From the NCBI GenBank assembly GCA_000165425.1, contig CT868230.1:372001-436000 (forward strand): a stretch of DNA of 64,000 bases, given 5' to 3'. The DNA comes from Paramecium tetraurelia. Taxonomy: Eukaryota. The notes beneath the pieces were generated by a model, which searched no databases, was not told the DNA's origin, and worked only from the letters and a program-made list of their open reading frames with translations. Positions 14,601 to 28,671 of the stretch are shown here, in pieces (within the stretch, counting starts at the first letter, position 1; the number at the start of each line of letters is the position of its first letter). The position numbers and the translations under genes are program-made.

Positions 14601-15250
14601 TACCTACGCATTTTAGTGACACAACTTCAGCTTAATGAACAGGCATATGACTAGATCTTCTTTCTAATTCCATATATCTGTTGATAGAAAAATTATAAGT
14701 AATATCTAAACTACTAATCTAATAAAATGCGTCAATTTATTCTGTGAAACCTTATTTCTCAGAAAGCTTCAAAACTTCGCCGTAGTTTAATTAGTGCCAA
14801 TTTCCCCAAACATATATCTTTTTATTTGTTGAGTATGCAACTACAAAACCAGTTCCAGCATTCACTAATTTATAAGAATTTTAAGTTATTTATGAAATAT
14901 TTATCGGCATATTAACAGAAGGCTGTTATAAACCTAATTAGGCAAATTGAGAATTCCCAAATGCCCAAAGATCATATTATGCTACCTTATGATAAAACTG
15001 TACTATCTATCAGAAAGGTGTTTTATTCGCAACAAATAACACTTATAAAACATAATTCTTGTTCTCCTCTTTTTGTGGCTTTAGATGGATCTCTAGAATA
15101 TTTATTTTATGGGAACACTATTCTTTACAATCTGAATAACTATTTAACAAATTACTTCTAATTATTATTCATTATTGTCTACATCTATAAAGCAAAATCT
15201 CCTACTCCAAAATAAAGTACTAAATTACAAATCATAATACCATGAGTCAT
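11626..15250 (-). CDS. RCC1-repeat protein with long helical/coiled-coil C-terminus
   Basis: RCC1 repeats (ACGQKHVLAWDEQGKVWSWG, ACGSNYSIALDVKGDIYGWG, AGDSHFGALDLSGQLYGWG). The frame continues through an IQ-like segment (KARVIQNTIRKR) to TGA at 11626. Confidence 0.75.
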
Positions 15251-15307
15251 TATTGAAGAAAAACTGTATTATAATTTTCAATTTTTTATTTATAAACTTT
15301 GTTTTAA

Positions 15308-15628
15308 TCAAGAAATAAAAATAAAATACAAATTGATCCTAATTTCAAAAATCAATTTAGAAGTTTTTTTGATCAAACCAAATATTTAAATTGTTAATTC
15401 ATAATTACAAAGAATGCACATTTGATGATATGATAATAATCCATTATATAACTAACGTAAATGATTCACTTTATAATGTATCCAAGTAACTTTAGATTTA
15501 TCACAAGGCTTAAAAGTACTTAACTATTCTAGACTTTTGTTCACATTAAGCTCTCGTGTTTCATTTACATTAGGTTGATTGATGCAATAATCTTCTTTAA
15601 TAAATTTAATTTCTACATTCTTAAACAT
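15308..15628 (-). CDS. Short hypothetical ORF (~106 aa), possibly a gene remnant
   Basis: Open code-6 frame MFKNVEIKFIKEDYCINQPNVNETRELN...; no motif. Confidence 0.3.
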
Positions 15629-15707
15629 TTAAGTATTTTTAATTTTATCTTAAATCTAATGAAATATGCAAAAATGAATATATAATTGATTATAAATATA
15701 AAACATG

Positions 15708-17414
15708 TCAACTAACATATAAATCATGCTACCAAGTTCCTATATAGCATTCTTTACTTTAGTATTCAAATTGACCTTTTCCATGTGCCTAATCACATGA
15801 AAAAAGTCCCATAAACTTTGAACCATCAGCAAAATAGAGAACTCCAATGCCATGCTTCTATCCGTGTTTGACTTACCCCTTATATTAAATCCAATCTTTC
15901 CTTGATAAATTCTTATGTGATTTATCTAATTCTTATTTTGGGCTATTATAAAAGATTACTTCGCCATCAGGAACATCAAAAACCCACATTCCTTCAGTTA
16001 CCTTATGATTATCAGAATCATAGTATGTTCCTTATCCGTGCCTTTTTCGATTGCATATTTACCCAATATAATAAAAACCATTTGGATAATGCAACTTCCC
16101 TTGAGTGACACTATTTTCGAAACCTGGTTTAGATTCTTAGGTTTTACCTTCTTACCATCTCTAATCTTTGATTGAAGCCTGGCTAGTATCTTGTTGTCTG
16201 TATCTTTGTTACTCTATTTATTAGTTTTTCAATAAATTTTAATTAGATTTGATCATAGTTGGAGATTAAGGATATTTAGATTAAAAGATATTTTAACCGA
16301 GTAGATTATCGTACGAAGAAGGCTTGTTATACCCAGCAACAAAGAATTCTTATGGTTAATATTATTCTAATAAACGATGTCTTTTGATGCCCTGAAACAA
16401 CTTATTGACCATTTCATCTAATTGTATAAAATCAGGTCGTTCGTGTTCATCTACATTTAACATTATTTCAATCAAGTGTAATATTTGCTCATTAAAATTG
16501 GTTGTTATCAAATCCTCTTGAACCTTTTTCAACGCGAAATCATCTATAGCCCACCTCTTCCAATCATACACTTCTGGTTTCTTTGCTTCAATTAAATATA
16601 TAAGCATCAATCCAAAATTGAATACGTCTGATTTATATCTATTATGTTTAAGATACTAGTGAAATTAATAACTAAAAGATTTACTTTGTCCTTTCTTGGA
16701 ATAGCTGAGATTTATGCTGGAGATAGAAAGGCTGTCTTTTTCATTTCATTCAACGCTTAAAATTCATAAAGATTGTTTAGTACTTTGCTTATCATCATAG
16801 AGTGATATAAATTCTTGAAACAAGTTTTATCTAATCGGTTTTTAATATCTATCAACCAATTTGAAAACATCAATATTAAAAGGAGTTTTAACAGTTATGA
16901 TATCATCTATGTCAAAACCAGACGGATATATTTTATTAGCTTATTAAAATGCAAATCCTGAAACTACACAATCCATAAGGAATAGGATTTCATCTTGAGT
17001 GAATTGCTATTTCATAATGACTTTCTTATGTCGAGATAGAGGCTCCACTGGCTTATCCATGAGAAGTATGATTTCAGTGTATGGGATAAAGACCTTCATT
17101 GATTCGATGATGGAAATGTTATGAATCGATAGTAAATTAGGATGGTTATGCTATTCATACTTTGTTCTCCATTTCTTAACAAATTCTTTCAATTTATTCT
17201 AAGAGTCTGCTGCTTTTGAATAGATCAACCCAAAATTTGGTATACTATTATGTTGTATTCTATGATTAAATCTTTGTTACATTTCCAACCATTTCAAGGT
17301 TTAAAATATTTAATACTCATCTGTATAAGGCATTGGAACCTGAAATTGTGACATTATCTCTCTCATTCGTAAATCTTGCTAGATATCTTAAGTCGTCCCT
17401 TAACAAGAACCCAT
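15708..17414 (-). CDS. Pseudokinase fused to C-terminal MORN repeats, N-terminus MGSC
   Basis: Kinase-fold motifs NHPNLLSI, AFLSP, KSDVFNFG, MLNVDEHERPDF; MORN repeats YIGQICNRKRHGQGTY, YKGQVKHGQKHGIGVLYFADGSKFMG. Confidence 0.8.
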
Positions 17415-17621
17415 AATTCCAATAATTTTAATATTATTATTAAATAAACTATCTAACTATTTTAAACTTACAAGAACAACTAGTGTTCCGTGTTCAAAAC
17501 ACTCTAATCTATTTATTCCTAACCAAAATCTATTTTCTTTATTTTTTTTAATTAGATAGCTATAAATTATAAGAAAATTAGAAATATAAGAATTTATTTT
17601 TTAATACTTTTAATAATTTAT

Positions 17622-18612
17622 TCATATTCTCTTATTTAACCATTATAGTACTTTAGGAATGATATCATGTATCTCTTCTTCATGCCAAACATCATGCCTA
17701 ATCATATATAAAATAGTATATATACCATAAATTTTCATAATATAATACTGTTTTATCTTGCGACGGCGATTCTCTTTCTAGCATATATGCCAAATCTGGA
17801 TCAACCAATTTATCCAAACCTCCTTGTATAACTACCCAGGGAGTATGTAATTATCGATAGAGGGATTCACATTCTTTCATACTTACAGTGATTGTTGAAA
17901 TAGTTCTAGGAAGGAGTTCCTCTTAGTATGTGTAAGGATCTTTCATTAGATCTTCAGTTATTTAAGGATTCTTAGTAGTTTAACCTCTTTTTGGTTTTAT
18001 GAGTTTATATTTTGGGATAATATACCCCACAAATTTTATTGTACCAATTTATAGATTACTAAATAGTGTCTTAATTGCAGGTGCGTATAGAATGATTCCT
18101 TTAAGATTCGGAATATTTCCTCCAACAGCCAATCTAAAAGAAGTCATTCCTCCCATCGATAAGCCAGATAAAAAGACAGGAATATTAGAATTCCCTTACA
18201 GTTCTTAAACTTTCTATATAAATAGACGACAATCAGATAAATGAATTTCAAGACTCTCTAAATATCCTCTTATTCCTTCAGACTTTCCAAAACCTCTGTT
18301 ATCAAAACCAACTACCAAGAATCCATCTTATGCCATTTTCTAAGCTATATGAGCACAATGATTAATATGTGCACATAATCCATGAAACATGAAAACTATG
18401 GCTTTAGGTTTTCCAGTGGCTTAAAATCTGTAGGTATTTAATTTGATCATTTTTCCTTCCTGTTGAACTATCATTTCTATAAAGTTTTCTTCTGGAAATG
18501 TAACTTAACATGGATTTGGTTTCCTATACTTCTCCTCTTATTAAGCGGCATTGATTCGTTATAGTTTTTATTCGATTCTTATTTATTCCTGAGACTTTTG
18601 AAAAAATTACAT
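17622..18612 (-). CDS. Alpha/beta hydrolase, monoacylglycerol lipase/lysophospholipase type
   Basis: IVFMFHGLCAH, GFDNRGFGKSEG, nucleophile motif GLSMGG, QGGLDKLVDP, HDVWHE. Confidence 0.9.
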
Positions 18613-19137
18613 TAAATAATAAATCATGAAGATTATAATTTAGAAAAGCAATATACTGAATATAAAGTTAAAATAATATTGTTAAAGGACAAAGGTAACT
18701 TATTTTTTACAATTAGTATTGCAGCAATCCTAAAACCAAAAATAAAGACTCAATAAATAAAATTTATGTAATGATATACATTATTGTTTTTAAAATTTGT
18801 AAATTCCGCAAATTTAATGTGTTAATTTATATAATAGTTTATAAATTAATTGGTTCATGTAAATTGATAAAATCCATTAATAAAGTTGAAGTAAAGTGAT
18901 GGACAAAACGAAGAAAAATATCTTAATAAATCTTTTAATATAAAAATATAAATAATATGAGAGATAATTGTATATGGAATAAATATTTGACTGATTTGAT
19001 TATGTATATTGAAGAAGTTAATGAAAAACAAGTGGATAAGATTAAAAAAAATAAAAAATGGGAACTTGCCTTAAGGTCTAAGAGAAATTAAATAGAAATT
19101 TAGAAGATTTACCATAATTTAAAATAAATTGTCATTT

Positions 19138-19919
19138 TCATGATAAATGTCTTGCAACAAACTCTTTCATCAATTTAAAATTATCCAACATCATTGCATG
19201 TTCTATTCCTTTTAGTTTAATGAATTCCAAATTGTTTTCGAATTTAAGTAAAGGTTAAATAGATTTTTCAGCAAATTCATATGGGATTACTTCGTCCTCT
19301 ACACCATGTAATATCTGAATAGGAGTCTTATTTTTGATTTCAGTGAATGGGAACAAATATCCTGAGTTTCCAAGTATTCCGCCTAAGGATTCTCTATTTA
19401 TAATTAACAAAATAAAATAACTTGTATCCCAATCCTGCCAATAATGACATGCAGCATCCTTAAGAAAAACCTCCAATAAAAATGTTATTCTTTGGAATAG
19501 GCTCCTAATCAATCAAGCTCCAAATGAAATTTCTAGATTCGATAGCTTAATCAACTCCCCACAATTCTTTATCAGATTTGATTCCCCAAAACTACTTCCA
19601 GTTTGGAATCATAATATCATACCATGATGTCATCATTTCTCCTTTATTTTTAGTTAGTGGCCTCACAGGGGCACAAAGTAAAATCACTTTAGTAGTCTAA
19701 TTGTCAAAAGGGTTTAATTCAGGATTATTGAATCCAGCCAAAAAACTATCAGGAACATCTTCCAATCCATGCATCTAATTTAATAAATGGTAGTATTACC
19801 CATATGAAGGTGTATTTATGTTCCTTTTTGGGTTGAATATAGATATGCTTATCAACTCGAGTGATTCCTTATGTGAAATCTTTAGTAAGGGCAGGAATGA
19901 CTTCTTTGAGAGATAACAT
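19138..19919 (-). CDS. Phospholipase/carboxylesterase (acyl-protein thioesterase-like)
   Basis: MHGLED, APVRPLTKNKGEMMTSWYDI, IFIGGFSQG, ILHGVEDEVIP. Confidence 0.9.
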
Positions 19920-19942
19920 TATAAATAATTAATAAAAGTAAA

Positions 19943-20405
19943 ATGGGGACTTGCTCAAATAGACCAGAGCACAAATAGATTTCAGAAAATTTAAGGCTAA
20001 AAGCAATAATGATATTTCAAAAGATTGATATTTAGAATAAGGGTTATATTGATAAAGAAAGAACATTATAATTTTGGAAATCGAATTTTGCAAAAATAAA
20101 CACAGATGCTTTATTTTCCTAAGTGGATTATAAAAAGACTGGGAACATAACAGTTTAGGAATGGTTGGCCTTCTGGGATATAGTAAAATAGTAGGGTTAC
20201 ACAGAATAAGAGATATCAGATGAAGTATAATCAATCTATGAGTTCTTAGCTAGAAGAGTTGCAACAAGGAAAGGCTTGGGTCTAATTTTATAAGGTGGAT
20301 GCCTTTATCAGGGCTGATACCCAAAGACACAAAACATAAATAGATCAAATCGTTTAGATGGAGAAAAAAACATTACTCAAATCAAAGTCTTTTAATTATA
20401 ATTGA
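19943..20405 (+). CDS. Small two-EF-hand protein with MGTC N-terminus
   Basis: IFQKIDIQNKGYIDKE and LFSQVDYKKTGNITVQEWLAFW; one 25-nt intron. Confidence 0.8.
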
Positions 20406-20826
20406 AATAAATAAATTTAAGATTAATTATGTCTTCTAAGTTTTATTATTATGTAAAAAAGTACTTCAATATGAAATAAAATTTAAGTAAATTCGAAATC
20501 AACAAATATTAATTAGAATAAAAATATTAGTGAAACAATTAAATTTTTGAGAAATCAAAATAAAAATGATTATTCGATATGATAATGTACCCAATTAAAA
20601 AAATAAGTGGAACACATATCCATGTAGTACTTGTAGTACTTGGTAATCAAATCATTCAAAAACAGAATATTGTTAAATAACTAAAATTAATGTTTAATAA
20701 AATTAAAGATGGAATAAAAAATGTTGTTTTAGAAAAGTGAAGATGAATCTATAGCTCAACCATTAATAACCAGAGTTATGTGGTATTTAAGCGAATAAAA
20801 TTTATAGATTAAATTATTAAATAAAA

Positions 20827-23691
20827 TCACTTTCGTTTAATTACTATTTCTAATTGAACATAATTGATTTCTTCTTCACTTTAAGGTCGCAAGTTCTCAA
20901 GTAGTATTTTCAAATCCTTATTGACTTCTCCTTACTCAGATTTCAATATGTATGAAATTATGGCTTAACTGACTAATTTAACTTTCTGTGCTGGTTTATC
21001 TTTTCCCCAACTTTTTTGTAATGTTTAAAAAATTAATTCTTCCAATTCATTTGAATTCACTTATTTTTTCAATATTAACAGTAAAATTTAAATTACTTAA
21101 AATACTATTGCAGGATTTATATCGCTAATTGACATAAATATGGTAGAGACAACCCTTACCACCAAGGGATTGAAATACTCTTTACTATTCTCTAAAGACT
21201 AAAACAAAAATCTAATTTATTTTATAAGATATTATACTTAAAAAAGTGTAAGATCTCTCTATGCATTTCAAAAGAGCATAAATTAATAAAGGCATCGCAG
21301 ATTACATCGATAATTTTTTACAAGTAAGGTGATTCAAAGAGAACCTATGGACAACATCTAATGCACTCTTTGATGTATTCAACATAAACTTTCATTAGAT
21401 CGGGATCTTTCCAACGATTAAAGGATTCTATGCAAAACAAATGAATTTAATGATCATTAACCATTGCCCACTAAACAATAAATTAGTGATCGATAGATCT
21501 ACTGATTACTTAGGTAATTAATTATAGCCAATGATGCTTCTGAATTGGATCAGAATGAAATATTTAATAAGATATTTACAAGAGATGAATTACCTATTAT
21601 TAATTTGAAAAGTTTGACACTTTGAGTATAATTTGAATTAATTTGAAAGTATCATCAAAAAATGAGAAAGTATATTACCCTTTTAAAACAATTAACAAGG
21701 GTTCAAAAATTGATTGACATAACAGTTCCAAGAGTTACTTGATCTAATCATTCTCTTTCGCATTCAAGTTCACCCATTAGAATATTGCGACCACCAAAGA
21801 ATTATTATAATGAAACTACTTCTCAGTCACTTGGGGATTACAAACTTATTAAAACTGATGATTTGCAAATTTAAATAACTAATATCTTATAAATCATTAC
21901 CTAAATTAAACAATCCGGCTTACCTTCTTCAAATAACCGAAAACACAGCTTTATTATTCCCTCAATATAGTTACTTACTTGGGATTGATTGATGAACTCA
22001 TAGAAATGCAACTCTAAGAATTTGACACTTTCAGATATTAGTTCAACATTATCCATACTGCTTAAGTTGCAGATCTGTTCGAATGCTCTAAAATAATTTT
22101 TTTTTATATTAGTACACTCCTGCCAAAGGTCCTAGCAATGGATGAAGCATGTATTTGAAAAAATATTAAGTTAATTAAAGCAAAACGTCATTATGTAATT
22201 GTAATTGATTAGTAAACTCACTAAATAGTTATAAAGATGTTTTAACAATGATATCAAAGTTAGAATGAACAGGTAATGATAAAATAACTTAAATTATTTG
22301 CAATATTAATTGGTTATTGACTGAAATATCAGCCTGTTCGATGATTGAATACAATGAAAATAATGCAGATTCACTTTGAAGTATCTGATTGTGAGCAAAA
22401 GAATTGGGTATGATCAAATTGTTTAATACAACTTACAAATATTGATCTGATTCCATATTAATTTCGGCACTCTTATAAATACTATAAAAGATATCTTTGG
22501 AATGCTCTCTAAAATCAGATGTTGAAATTTAATGTTCTTCTGTTTCATTACAATATTTAAGATTATAATCATTCTCCTCTTCCTCTTCACGTTCTCCTTA
22601 AATAAATTCCTTTGTTAATTTTATTGTTTTCATTCTACATTTATCAATCATAGTTTATAATATATTTAAACCGAACCCTTATAAGTTATTATATTCTCTC
22701 ATCTGATTCCAAAATTCAAAAGTTTAAAATGCAATATTCCTTGATGGATTACTAATAATATTACCCATCAAATTAAAAACATCCTTTTCATATTTCGAAT
22801 TCAACACAAGTACATAGAAATCACATAAAAATTTGGTGGTGAATGAAACATATCCCTTTGAAGACAGAGGATTGTATATTGATATGATAAACTCAAGAAT
22901 AAAGTTTAAATTCTATAACACTTAAGAATCAATCTAGTTTACATTTTATTGTCTATTGTATTATGAGTAAATAACACCTTCATTTAACAATGCAAATAAT
23001 TTGTCACTATATTTTAGGGCATTATTTATTACTGTTTAATATACTAAGTTTAATATTTCTCTAGTTAATTTTAAGTCTTTGAATAGATTATATGAGAATT
23101 ATACCCAACATTCAATACATTTCACTGTTTAATTAAATATACTCAAGTCTTAAACCTAAAGTAAACTAATGAATATTTCTGATAAAGTATTTTCCTGAGA
23201 AATAAATTCTTATTGCAATCTTAATTATTCACTTTTTTTATACCATTCCTTTCCTTGTATTGCAATTTATGTTAAAATTTCTATCCCAATTGCCATCCTC
23301 GATTTCATTAACTAAATCAGTTCCTACAATATTCTATCATTATTTTTAATAATACCCTCCCCATAATGATCTATTTCCAACAACGATCACAGCTAAAGAA
23401 GAACATACCTAATTCATGGCAACATTTGGTAAAGGTCTAGCCAATAATTTCTAGAAGATATTATTAAATTTAAATATTGCACTCTTCTTTCAATCTTCTG
23501 TATATCATCTAACAAGCTATGAATTAATATTCCTATTAAATATTTGGTTAGTCTAATAATTATTTTGCAATCCTCAAGGCTTCCTTGCTTTATTATAATT
23601 TAAGAATGTATTAATTTGCTTAATGGCTAATTGTTTTGTCTGGATTAGCAAGCTTCTAATACTGTAGAATGAATTCTTCTGTACTAAACAT
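20827..23691 (-). CDS. Importin-beta family karyopherin (importin-13/transportin-3-like), one apparent frameshift near 23445-23490
   Basis: N-terminus (ANQYILKLQQSKEALRIAKQLL...QFIACQMIYRRL), VAMNQVCSSLAVI, TFEFW; HEAT-like helical sequence. Confidence 0.7.
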
Positions 23692-24537
23692 TTTAGTTAA
23701 TTAATTAAAATTAATAAATTTAACACCCTTTTTAATAATAATATTTTATATAATATAAATTATAATTCTACTAAAATTTGCATTACTTTTCAATTTTCAT
23801 TTTGGATATTATTTTATTTTAAGGCTTGTAATTCTGTTGTAAGGACAATGAACTTTTTAAAAAATTAATGTTGAAACCAATTTTAAGATTTTCATTATTT
23901 CTATTGATATTTCTTTTTGAAATTATTTAAATATTAGAATATCATTGGAAAACTAAATCTATTTATTTAAACATCATGAATAGCATTGATAGTAGTCAAC
24001 CTAAGAAATGTTGATACTGTATTACTTAAGAAAAATTTATATAATTTGAATTAAATACATTTACAATTAGGAAATAGATCTTAAGATTATTTTACTCAAA
24101 TAAATGAGAATTAACCGTAAAATTGTTGTATATCATCATGAGAATAGGATGACTCATTTAGAATACAATACATCAAGAAATTTAATATATTTATTTTTAT
24201 AATCTCGTACAAGAATAATAGAGTAAGTTCTTATATTCAAAAGATGATTCATTAATATATACTTTCATATCTTTATAATAGTGAAAGCATGTTTATCCCT
24301 ACATTTGTTCACATTTTGAAATAAAATAAACTAGCTGTTTTATGTAAAAACAACTCATTAAAAGTTTTTTGTATCAAATGCTTTTTCATATGTTTTAAAT
24401 AAAGGATATTATTCATAAATTCATGTTTTATAATTGATTATTGGGTGTATTAGAATGATATGAATAATTTTCAATTATTTTATTGAAATAAGTATTTTGC
24501 TTTGGTATTAAGATTTTATTTAAATTAATTTCAAATC

Positions 24538-25300
24538 ATGGATTAACCATAAAAAGAAGCTCTCTGTATTCATGTGCATTATCATAGAGTGGGATCAAAT
24601 TTAGGATGAAGAATCCCAGCCCCAATAGCCATAGTAAAAACATTACACAAGTAACAAACCAAAACCCAAAATGCAATCCAGAGGAGAGATTGAGAGATTA
24701 ATTGATGAATGTCCTGATGAGGAAATTCTACTCAACATAGTGAAATGCCATTTTGATGCTACCATTGAAGAAGTGAAACTAGCTTTCCCTAACTTCGAAT
24801 TCCTCAAAGTTGAAAATTACAATCCAGGAAGTTTTAGCTTGCTCTTCAAGAATAAGGAATAAGCCAAAGAATTCCTGTTCACAACCAAGGAAACTGTATA
24901 AACCCATCTCCTATCATCAGAAAATTAAAGACAGAGGCTTTTGGATCAAATTCCCACCTAGGTTTTAAAAGTCCTCATAGAAAATACCAGATAATGTGAA
25001 TAAGCAAAATCCATTACCCTCAACAGGCAGCAAATTTGTTGATGCTCCTTAGAAGAATAAAGATCATTATAATAGAAAAGGTACACTTCATTTAAATTGT
25101 AGAGCATGATGGAAAACAATTCAATAGAAGTGATGGATAGAAGAACTATAAAAAGAAGGACGAGGAAGATGATGTAATAGTTTTATGAATAAAATAAGGG
25201 TTGGGAAACAGTTATGCCACATAGAATGCCAAAGCAATTCAAACCATACAGAAAACCTTAATAATAATAACAATAACAATAGGGAGTTAAGAAGAATTGA
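24538..25300 (+). CDS. RRM-containing RNA-binding protein (eIF4B/4H-like layout)
   Basis: RRM-like ILLNIVKCHFDATIEEVKLAF...GSFSLLFKNKEQAKEFL, N-terminal WDQIQDEE, C-terminal GWETV; four tiny introns. Confidence 0.55.
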
Positions 25301-25711
25301 GACAATATTTATCTTTTAACCAATAAATTTTATATAGTAATAACAACCAAATAAAGGCAATTATCCTGTATAAAATAATTAATTGGAGGCATTCTTGATT
25401 CTATAATAGATATCCCTCTCCATAAACTCTTTAATCAAACATCATGGACATTAATTTAATAGTTCTATCTTGATATAAATTAAGTCATCTTAATTCCCTT
25501 TGAAATAAAGAAAAACACGATATTGTTTTAATTTTTAATTAAAATTTGATTTTAAAATATTTATATAAAAAAGAAGTCATATTGTGTTGAAATCAATTTT
25601 TAATTTAATAGATATAGAGGAAATCTCAGGATTTCTCATTTTAGAGATTAATTGTTCAAAATTGAATATTTTATGTATCTCATATTCTAAATAGTATTTT
25701 ATAAATTGAAA

Positions 25712-26490
25712 TCATTTATTTGATTCACAAATATGACAATAGGGTTCATAATTATTTGATAAAGGTAATTTAATCCAAAAAAAAGAAACATTTTTTACAT
25801 CTCTCAAATTTTACTGAATTGCGATATCTTGAAAATATGAAGTTAATTTAATATAAGTAGTATAATTCAATCATACTCTTGTTTAATAGATTTCTCAACT
25901 AATAGTTTTGTATTCTTCGTTGCAACTAATACATTTATATGGGATTATCCTTAATTAATTTATTAGTAAAGTTAATCTTTCAAACAATCTTTATGGAAGC
26001 TGTGCTTGCAATGTAATTAAAAGTTATCATATTCAATATATGTGAAGCATATTTTGCATTTAATTATATCCTAAAATGATTATCTTGCTTAAATTCTATA
26101 TGAATTACAAGTCTTAATATTAGTATTTATACTTAAAGACAAATTAGGTAGTTTCTATTAATTGTTTATATAGCTTTCACTATCTAAAATTGTATTTTTT
26201 CTTGGACTTCTTAAATTTAATAGGTTTTAACAATTCCAGTAATTTATATTGAGAATTCTATACTTATTAATATTCCCATTATTATTTATAGGGATTCTAC
26301 ATAATTACATCATTGATTGAGTAAATATTAGACAGTTTATCTTTCTATTTTTTGGTTATTCGTTAAGTGAATTCTTATATTCAAAAGATTTTATGATTGG
26401 TGCTATATTTTTTTAGCATTTAGTTTTGTACTGATTGAAGGGAGGTTCTATATAATAGCAAATACATTAAATTACTTCTTGTTTTCATCA
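25712..26490 (-). pseudogene. Disrupted RING-finger gene
   Basis: In-frame CKICFTYIEYDNFQLHCKHSFHKDCL. The closing CISC, the later CKKC and the terminal CHIC do not stay in that frame; 5' boundary uncertain. Confidence 0.6.
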
Positions 26491-26679
26491 TAGAAATCAC
26501 TACATTAAAGTAAATTATTAAAATATAAAATTAATTTTCAATAAATTTTATTATTTAGATTATTTAAAACTAGAGGATGTAAATATGTATTGAAATTAAT
26601 AAAGCCAACATGTATAAAATTAAATATAAAAAGTAAATTATAAGTAATTTCTTTATAATTATTTTTTCTTATATTATAC

Positions 26680-27961
26680 TCATCTAATTTTAGCTCTTAG
26701 AGCTTCAATTTCAGCACACATAAGAACTATTAATGATTACAAATCTTAGATTTGTCTTCTTAACATTCTGTCATCAAAAGGTTTAGCATTTCTGAGTTTC
26801 TCTAATTCCCTCAATAATTCTTGAATTTATCTTTCATAATCAGCTATAATATCTGTAGGATATGGTTATTATTTAACATTGTTATTATTATTGTTCATTT
26901 AGGATTATAACAATTATTAAGCTTTTAATCTATCTTGTGCCATTTAATTTTATAATTCTAAGTCCTTGAGTTATCTTTCTAATTATTTAATTCTGTTTTC
27001 AGCATCTCTAAGTTTATTGAGTGCATCTTATAAATTATCCTCTGTTTCTCTTAATTATTTTTAAAGACTATAAATTAAATCTTACATCTAATCAACCTTT
27101 TATTGATCAACTCCTTATGGCACTGTTTATACTACTGGTTTGACATCAGATAATTATTTTTTCAATTTTTCTATTTCCTCCAAAGCTTTCTAAAGATCAA
27201 GCTCAGCTTTCTTTGCCTTTTTCTCATTTGCTTCAGCTGACGTTCTCAAATCATCATTAGCTCTTAATTGATTATTGTATTTAATGTTTAATTCATCTAT
27301 TTCTTATTGTAAGTATTAAATTTTATTATTCAAACTTTGAATCACCTATTACAATCTTATTATTTCTGTTTTTTGAATTAGAATTTGTTTGAGTGCTTTT
27401 TCTGTTGGAGTTTCTGATTCCAACTCAGCTAGTCTGTCTTCAAGCAATTTAACCTTATTTCTTTCGTCTTCTAAGTCTTGTAGAGCTTAATTGAGCTCAA
27501 TTTGAAGTTGCTAGTAGTCTAGCTATTTTTTTGTTAATAAATCTTTCAATCTTTCTACTTCTTCTGCCAATCTAGTTGCCTTGAGAACCATGTCTCTATT
27601 GCTTAGTTCGAATTATTTGTATTCTTGTAGGGCTAAATCTAAGCGTTGTGCTTTGTTTTTCCATTCCTCAACTTCATTTCCTTATTGAAAAACGATAACA
27701 TTTAATCTCTCGATTTCTGCTATCAAGATATCATTTCTATGATTTGCATCTCTTAACAATACTTCTGCTTAAGAAAATGAATTCATTTTATTCTCAATTT
27801 GTCCAATTTATGTCTTGTAACTTGATATGATTTATTTGTATTGATTGATATCTTCCTATTAGGCTTTTATATTTGTTTATAAGATTACTTTTAATTATCT
27901 GGTTTTGGTGATCCACTTAGGCTTAAAGATCAACCCATCTCTCATTATCAAGTGCTTCCAT
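26680..27961 (-). CDS. Coiled-coil protein (probably cytoskeletal)
   Basis: MEALDNERWVDLQAQ...LIAEIERLN...LIVLMCAEIEALRAKIR*; heptad-rich, one 25-nt intron. Confidence 0.75.
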
Positions 27962-28014
27962 TTAATGAAATAATAAATTTTATTTTAATATTAATATAAT
28001 AAAAATAGATATAT

Positions 28015-28671
28015 TCAATTTCTTCCATAATAAATTTTTTATATATTTGAATACATAGGTTATTACTATTACAGATATTAGTGTTATTGAGGCTAATAAA
28101 CCTACTACTATTGATTACTTATATGCTTAGACAATGAAGGTTTGTATTATTGTTATTGTTATTGGTATGAATACGATTAATATTATTATTAAATTAAGGG
28201 AGGCTATTACGGTAGCTAATTTGGATTTTATATATAGTTTGGGTTTCCTTTTTGTTTAACTGTCGACAATAGGGGTGAGACTTGACAATTTTAGGTTTGT
28301 TATTTTTACTACGATAACTATTGAATCAATTTTTGATCTATTAATAACTAATATTTATGTTCTTTTTTCGATTAAATTTAAATGGAAATACTATCAATTT
28401 ATTTTTAGAGTTGTTGATTTTTTTGTTTTTCTTGGTTCAGTTCTTGAACTCGCTATTCTAAGATTGAATCCTTTTGATTCAGGGCTTCTTTAAGCTGTTT
28501 TATTTATTTTTCTTATTCTTTAATGTATTGATTATCTTTATTAGAATTATTATAATTCTTCTAAATTTCATCTTTGGATTTGATAATTTATCTCTCATAT
28601 GCCATTTTATTCAATTCCATTGTCAATAGTAGCATTTTAGGATCTTCTGGGATTGGCTCTGATTATTCCAT
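28015..28671 (-). CDS. Hypothetical coiled-coil/Q-rich protein
   Basis: Uninterrupted code-6 frame MEQSEPIPEDPKMLLLTMELNKMAYERQ... with Q/P-rich C-terminus. Confidence 0.65.

Noticed and set aside
20623..20642. Short direct duplication (TGTAGTACT twice)
   Set aside because: Isolated slippage product with no flanking element structure
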